DNA of 64,000 bases from an uncultured Eubacteriales bacterium (GTDB lineage: Bacteria; Bacillota; Clostridia; Lachnospirales; Lachnospiraceae). The stretch spans positions 2,111 through 66,110 of the forward strand of contig ONOC01000001.1 of assembly GCA_900319355.1 (NCBI GenBank), read 5' to 3'. Positions within the stretch are counted from its first letter, which is position 1. Each line of letters starts with the position of its first letter. The translations under genes and the position numbers were made by a program. Below the pieces are notes generated by a model. It had not been told where the DNA came from. It saw only the letters and a list, made by a program, of their open reading frames with translations, and searched no databases. Below, piece after piece: positions 59,985 through 64,000 of the stretch.

Positions 59985-60815
59985 GTGTCAGAAGAAAGCA
60001 GGATGATTACCCCTTTTGTCTGGATATGCATTGCGGTGCTGTACAGCTATGCGGTAATGACCACGGTCATCAATCCCGCCAGTCAGGCAACCACAATGAT
60101 GGTCTGCCTTGCTGTTATCCCGGTAATTTTTGCGCTTCGTCCGGCAGAGTCTGTCCCCCTGACGATAGCGATGGCAGTCTTCTTTGATCTGCTCACAATG
60201 CAGATCAAGCAGCCTGCCATATGGCATATAGATCTGTGGAATTCAACCGTTTTCTGCGTTGTCGGCATCGTCGCCGGCACAGAAATCACGCTCATCAAGT
60301 TCCGCAGCCTGTCCCTTGCGCGGAAAAACCGTTATCTCTTTGAGAGCGATCTGCTGACCGGCGTACGCAGCAGGAACAGCTATGAGGAAATCTGCGACGA
60401 ATAACTGAAGCAGGCTGAAAAAAATGTCATCTGCATTTTTGCTGATGTGAACGGTCTCCATGAGAAAAACAATCAGGAGGGACATGCCGCCGGCGACCTC
60501 ATGCTGCAGACGGTGGCCAGGGCCATGGCAGAGGCCTTCGGAAGAGAGAATACCTTCCGTTTTGGCGGAGACGAATTTGTCTCCATCGTTTTTGATGCAC
60601 CTCTTGCGGAGACCGAAAAGAAGATGGCTTCAGTACAGAAGGAACTTGAAGACAGGGAATATTTTGTTTCCTGGGGCATGACGGAGAAGCCCGCCGGCAA
60701 AATCGACTCCGACCAGATGCTGATGGAGGCGGAAAAAGAGATGCGAGACGCAAAATCCCGCTTCTACTCCAACCCGGAACACTCACGTCGTGCACGGCTG
60801 TCGAAAAATACCTGA
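59985..60815 (+). pseudogene. Membrane diguanylate cyclase interrupted by an in-frame TAA
   Basis: DLLTGVRSRN-stop(60402-60404)-LKQAEKNVICIFADVNGLHEKNN...GGDEF in one frame. Confidence 0.8.
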
Positions 60816-60853
60816 AGCCGCTCTGCCGGCCGGTCCACAGATTTTTCAGTCTT

Positions 60854-61330
60854 TTACAGCCACTCTTCTGCCCAGGCCGCGAGCTCGTTCTCGCTCACGC
60901 TGCCGGCAAATCGCTTACCGACTGCAACCTTTGCACCCTTTGCCAGAGCCTGCATATTCCTGCCGCAGTCACCGATGCCGCTTGAACCTGACGTCGCGAA
61001 CGGCACAACCGTCTTCCCGCTGAAATCATACTGTTCCATAAAGGTATCGATGATGGAGGGTTCTCTGTACCACCATACCGGAAAGCCCACAAAAATGACA
61101 TCATAATCTGCCATATTATCTTTCTTTTCAAGAATAGCCGGCCTTGAAGAACGGTCCTTCATTTCCACCGAGCTCCGGCTTCCGGCATCCTGCCAGTTCA
61201 GATCCGCCTCGGTATACGGCGTTTCCGGTCTGATTTCAAACAGATCCGCGCCCGTTCCGGCCGCCAGTTTCTTCGCCACGCCTGCCGTGACACCACTTGC
61301 TGAAAAATAAGCTACCAGTACCCTGCTCAT
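60854..61330 (-). CDS. Flavodoxin
   Basis: LVAYFSASGVT, GFPVWW, PFATSGSSG. Confidence 0.9.
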   Translation of the reverse strand: MSRVLVAYFSASGVTAGVAKKLAAGTGADLFEIRPETPYTEADLNWQDAGSRSSVEMKDRSSRPAILEKKDNMADYDVIFVGFPVWWYREPSIIDTFMEQYDFSGKTVVPFATSGSSGIGDCGRNMQALAKGAKVAVGKRFAGSVSENELAAWAEEWL

Positions 61331-61420
61331 GATTTTTCCTCCTTATAAAAGTGTATGATGTCTGCTCTGATCACAGTTTAGCATTTTTCCCCGGTCACGA
61401 ACAGCAAAAACCTCGTACTT

Positions 61421-62353
61421 TTACAGGAATGGATAGATCCATACGATCAGCGGAATGGTTACAACCGACATCAGTGTGGAAAGAATGATTCCCTCTGAGC
61501 AGCATTTCTCTCCGACACCGCTCTCAATGGACATGACAAGCGGCATAGTCCCGGTAGGCAATGCCATCAGAATGGCAGCCGTCTCAAGAAATCCGTCTGA
61601 AAATGGCAGTTTTTTCATCATCCATATTTCCAGGACCGGAATCAGAATTAATTTCAATGCGCAGAACAGATAATTCCGTGGAACAGCAAACATTTTTACG
61701 ACAGGCTCTTTACCGATATTAACGCCGATAATGATCAGCGATACTGGAACCGCCGCATCACCGAGATAGCCAATCGCTGTCGACAGAATTTCCGGAAGCG
61801 GGATCTGAAGAAAAAACAGGATTATGGCAAATGCGCTGCTTATCGTTCCCATATTGATGAAACGCCGGATGCTCTGCCACAGGCTTTTCTCTGTGTCCGA
61901 AGGCGGGGCAATCAGATGCGTACCATAGGTATATATCAGAACGTTATACTCAAAAATAAAAACAGCCACATAAATGATGTACTCACTGCCAAGAAGTGCG
62001 GAAACGACAGGAATTCCGATAAAACCCAGATTGGAAAACACAAACATCAGCTGATAAATTTGGCGCATATCCCTGTCAGAAGACATCAGCCGTGTCGCGC
62101 CTTCACCAATGATAATCGTCATGGCAAACATCAGGGCAGCGCCGGCCATGGAAAGCAGAACGGATTTTCTGTCACCGGCAGGATTGTTTAACAGTCCGGA
62201 AACAATAATGGCAGGATTAAACACGTTAAACATGATGTCAGACAGACATTTATTGTTGTCATCATCAATGATTCCGCGTCTGCGGCACGCCCAGCCCACC
62301 AGTATCAGCAGAAAAATGACAAGCATCTGTTTGAAAGCGATTCCAGCATCCAT
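61421..62353 (-). CDS. AEC (auxin efflux carrier) family transporter
   Basis: FSNLGFIGIP, KLILIP, STLMSVVTIP. Confidence 0.88.
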   Translation of the reverse strand: MDAGIAFKQMLVIFLLILVGWACRRRGIIDDDNNKCLSDIMFNVFNPAIIVSGLLNNPAGDRKSVLLSMAGAALMFAMTIIIGEGATRLMSSDRDMRQIYQLMFVFSNLGFIGIPVVSALLGSEYIIYVAVFIFEYNVLIYTYGTHLIAPPSDTEKSLWQSIRRFINMGTISSAFAIILFFLQIPLPEILSTAIGYLGDAAVPVSLIIIGVNIGKEPVVKMFAVPRNYLFCALKLILIPVLEIWMMKKLPFSDGFLETAAILMALPTGTMPLVMSIESGVGEKCCSEGIILSTLMSVVTIPLIVWIYPFL

Positions 62354-62465
62354 CCTCTCTCCAATCTGCCATCCGCTTATCCTGTGACGCGGCAAACCAC
62401 CGTCAGATAAATCGCCAGCCTTGTTCAGCTGATGTCATCTGCCATCCTGGAAACAAACGCCTCCC

Positions 62466-63497
62466 TTATTCTACTGTGCAGATCCATCCCTCCGGTGCTT
62501 CGATTTCTCCAAGCTGAATACCGAGAAGCGTTTCCCTGAGTTTTGTCATCACCGGTCCCATGGTCTCCATGCCGGATTCGAAGGTAAAATCCTTTCCATG
62601 ATCGTTTATCTTTCCGATCGGGCTGATAACCGCTGCCGTACCGCAGAGACCACATTCCACAAAATTATTATCTGTAACTTCTTTCCAGTAAACGGGACGC
62701 TCATCAACGGTCAGACCTAAATAATGCTCCGCTACATATACCAGCGACCTTCTCGTGATAGACGGAAGAATAGAATCAGATCTGGGCACTACCAGTTTCC
62801 CGTCTCTGTCCACAAAAAGAATGTTCGCTCCTCCGGTTTCCTCGATTTTTGTCCTGGTCGCCGGATCGAGATAAATGTTTTCGGCGAAACCGTTTCTGTG
62901 CGCAGTCGCTATGGCATGCATGCTCATGGCATAGTTGAGACCGGCTTTGATATCTCCGGTTCCGCGAGGCGCCGCACGGTCAAAATCAGAAATACATACA
63001 TAGACGGGTTTTGCTCCTCCTTTAAAATACGGACCTACAGGCGTGCCGAAAACCCTGAACTGATACTGATCACAGGGTGCAACACCAATCTGAGGACTGC
63101 TTCCGAATACATAAGGACGGATATAAAGCGTGGCCCCGCTCCCGTATGGAGGCACCCACGCTTCATTTGCCTTTACGACCTGTTTTACGGCATCAACAAA
63201 CCTGTCCTTCGGAAACGGGGGAATTTCCAGCCGTAGTGCAGAATTATACATTCTTTCAGCATTCAGATCCGGGCGGAAGCATACGATACGTCCGTCTTTT
63301 GTTTCATAAGCCTTCAGTCCTTCAAAAACAGATTGCGAATACTGAAGTACTCCGGCGCATTCATTGACTGTCACATTCGGATTATCGTTCAGATATCCTT
63401 CTCCCCATGCTCCATCTTTATAATCTGCCACATATCTTTTATCAATACTTCTGTACAGAAATCCAATATTTGCCCAATCCAGAGCCTTTTTCTCCAT
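62466..63497 (-). CDS. ilvE: Branched-chain amino-acid aminotransferase
   Basis: YSQSVFEGLKAY, LYIRP, KAGLNY, EETGGAN, GTAAVISP. Confidence 0.93.
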   Translation of the reverse strand: MEKKALDWANIGFLYRSIDKRYVADYKDGAWGEGYLNDNPNVTVNECAGVLQYSQSVFEGLKAYETKDGRIVCFRPDLNAERMYNSALRLEIPPFPKDRFVDAVKQVVKANEAWVPPYGSGATLYIRPYVFGSSPQIGVAPCDQYQFRVFGTPVGPYFKGGAKPVYVCISDFDRAAPRGTGDIKAGLNYAMSMHAIATAHRNGFAENIYLDPATRTKIEETGGANILFVDRDGKLVVPRSDSILPSITRRSLVYVAEHYLGLTVDERPVYWKEVTDNNFVECGLCGTAAVISPIGKINDHGKDFTFESGMETMGPVMTKLRETLLGIQLGEIEAPEGWICTVE

Positions 63498-63500
63498 GTG

Positions 63501-64000
63501 TTATTCCTTCCCTTCCGGTTTCTTCATTTGAAGCAGGCTTTCCATTCTTTTTATCTGAAGATAAAGCAGATCGTTCACCGGAGTGGCCACGCCGTCTTTT
63601 TCTCCAAGTGCTCTGATGGTTCCGGAAAATAAATCCACTTCCGTCATACGACCCGCTTCCATATCCTGACGCATTGATGGTTTTCCTTTCGGATTCAGCC
63701 TGTCAACCAGATCTACCCAGTAGATATACGCATCGTCTGACATCGAGACCCCTTCTGCACAGGCCACACGGATGACTTCCTTCATTGCTGCAATCATAAC
63801 GTCCCTGGGTGCACCCTTTTTCTGTACACCTCCAAAATCCGTCTCGTACACCGTAACCGCCTGATTTACTCCTGTATTCAGCAGAAGTTTTCCCCACAGT
63901 CTTTTCAGCATATCGTTATGGACTTCATGCGGAAGCGCCGCTTCACTGAATACGTCATCGACTGCTTTTACATCGTCGGTTTCTGTTCCATCCGCTGTTC
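63501..64000 (-). CDS. panE: Ketopantoate reductase, C-terminal part (starts beyond the window)
   Basis: LWGKLLLN, PSMRQD, TEVD, TPVN. Confidence 0.85.
   Translation of the reverse strand, partial: TADGTETDDVKAVDDVFSEAALPHEVHNDMLKRLWGKLLLNTGVNQAVTVYETDFGGVQKKGAPRDVMIAAMKEVIRVACAEGVSMSDDAYIYWVDLVDRLNPKGKPSMRQDMEAGRMTEVDLFSGTIRALGEKDGVATPVNDLLYLQIKRMESLLQMKKPEGKE

Noticed and set aside
60402-60404. Programmed readthrough (Sec/Pyl)
   Set aside because: The stop is TAA, and no recoding signal is evident

Overview
A GC-rich (roughly mid-50s %, by eye) Bacillota/Clostridia chromosomal segment whose gene content looks Lachnospiraceae-like (inference). It is mostly housekeeping and metabolic: cpsBCD tyrosine-kinase module, fucI with a divergent AraC, transporters, folD/fchA, a PerR/Fur-flavin reductase operon next to rubrerythrin, F1Fo ATP synthase (delta C-domain fused to alpha), thiME, folT under a THF riboswitch, GGDEF genes (one interrupted), a GH5 cellulase, a dtxR-feoAAB-HMA operon, a CbiK lipoprotein under a cobalamin riboswitch, a polar amino-acid ABC operon with an ATC-hydrolase-family gene, an L,D-transpeptidase, ilvE and partial panE. 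I found no tRNA, rRNA, CRISPR array, transposase or prophage. The best candidates for follow-up are: (1) a rearranged Shango-like anti-phage locus (GNAT-ATPase-Lhr helicase operon facing a convergent, probably leaderless TerB-N/TerB-C gene); (2) a SprT-like protease fused to a UvrD/PcrA-type Tudor domain; (3) a B12-riboswitch-controlled surface CbiK with extra domains; (4) a window-wide pattern of short tandem duplications at gene ends and inside genes; (5) several unexplained long RNA hairpins. All product calls come from motif recognition; no database searches were run.
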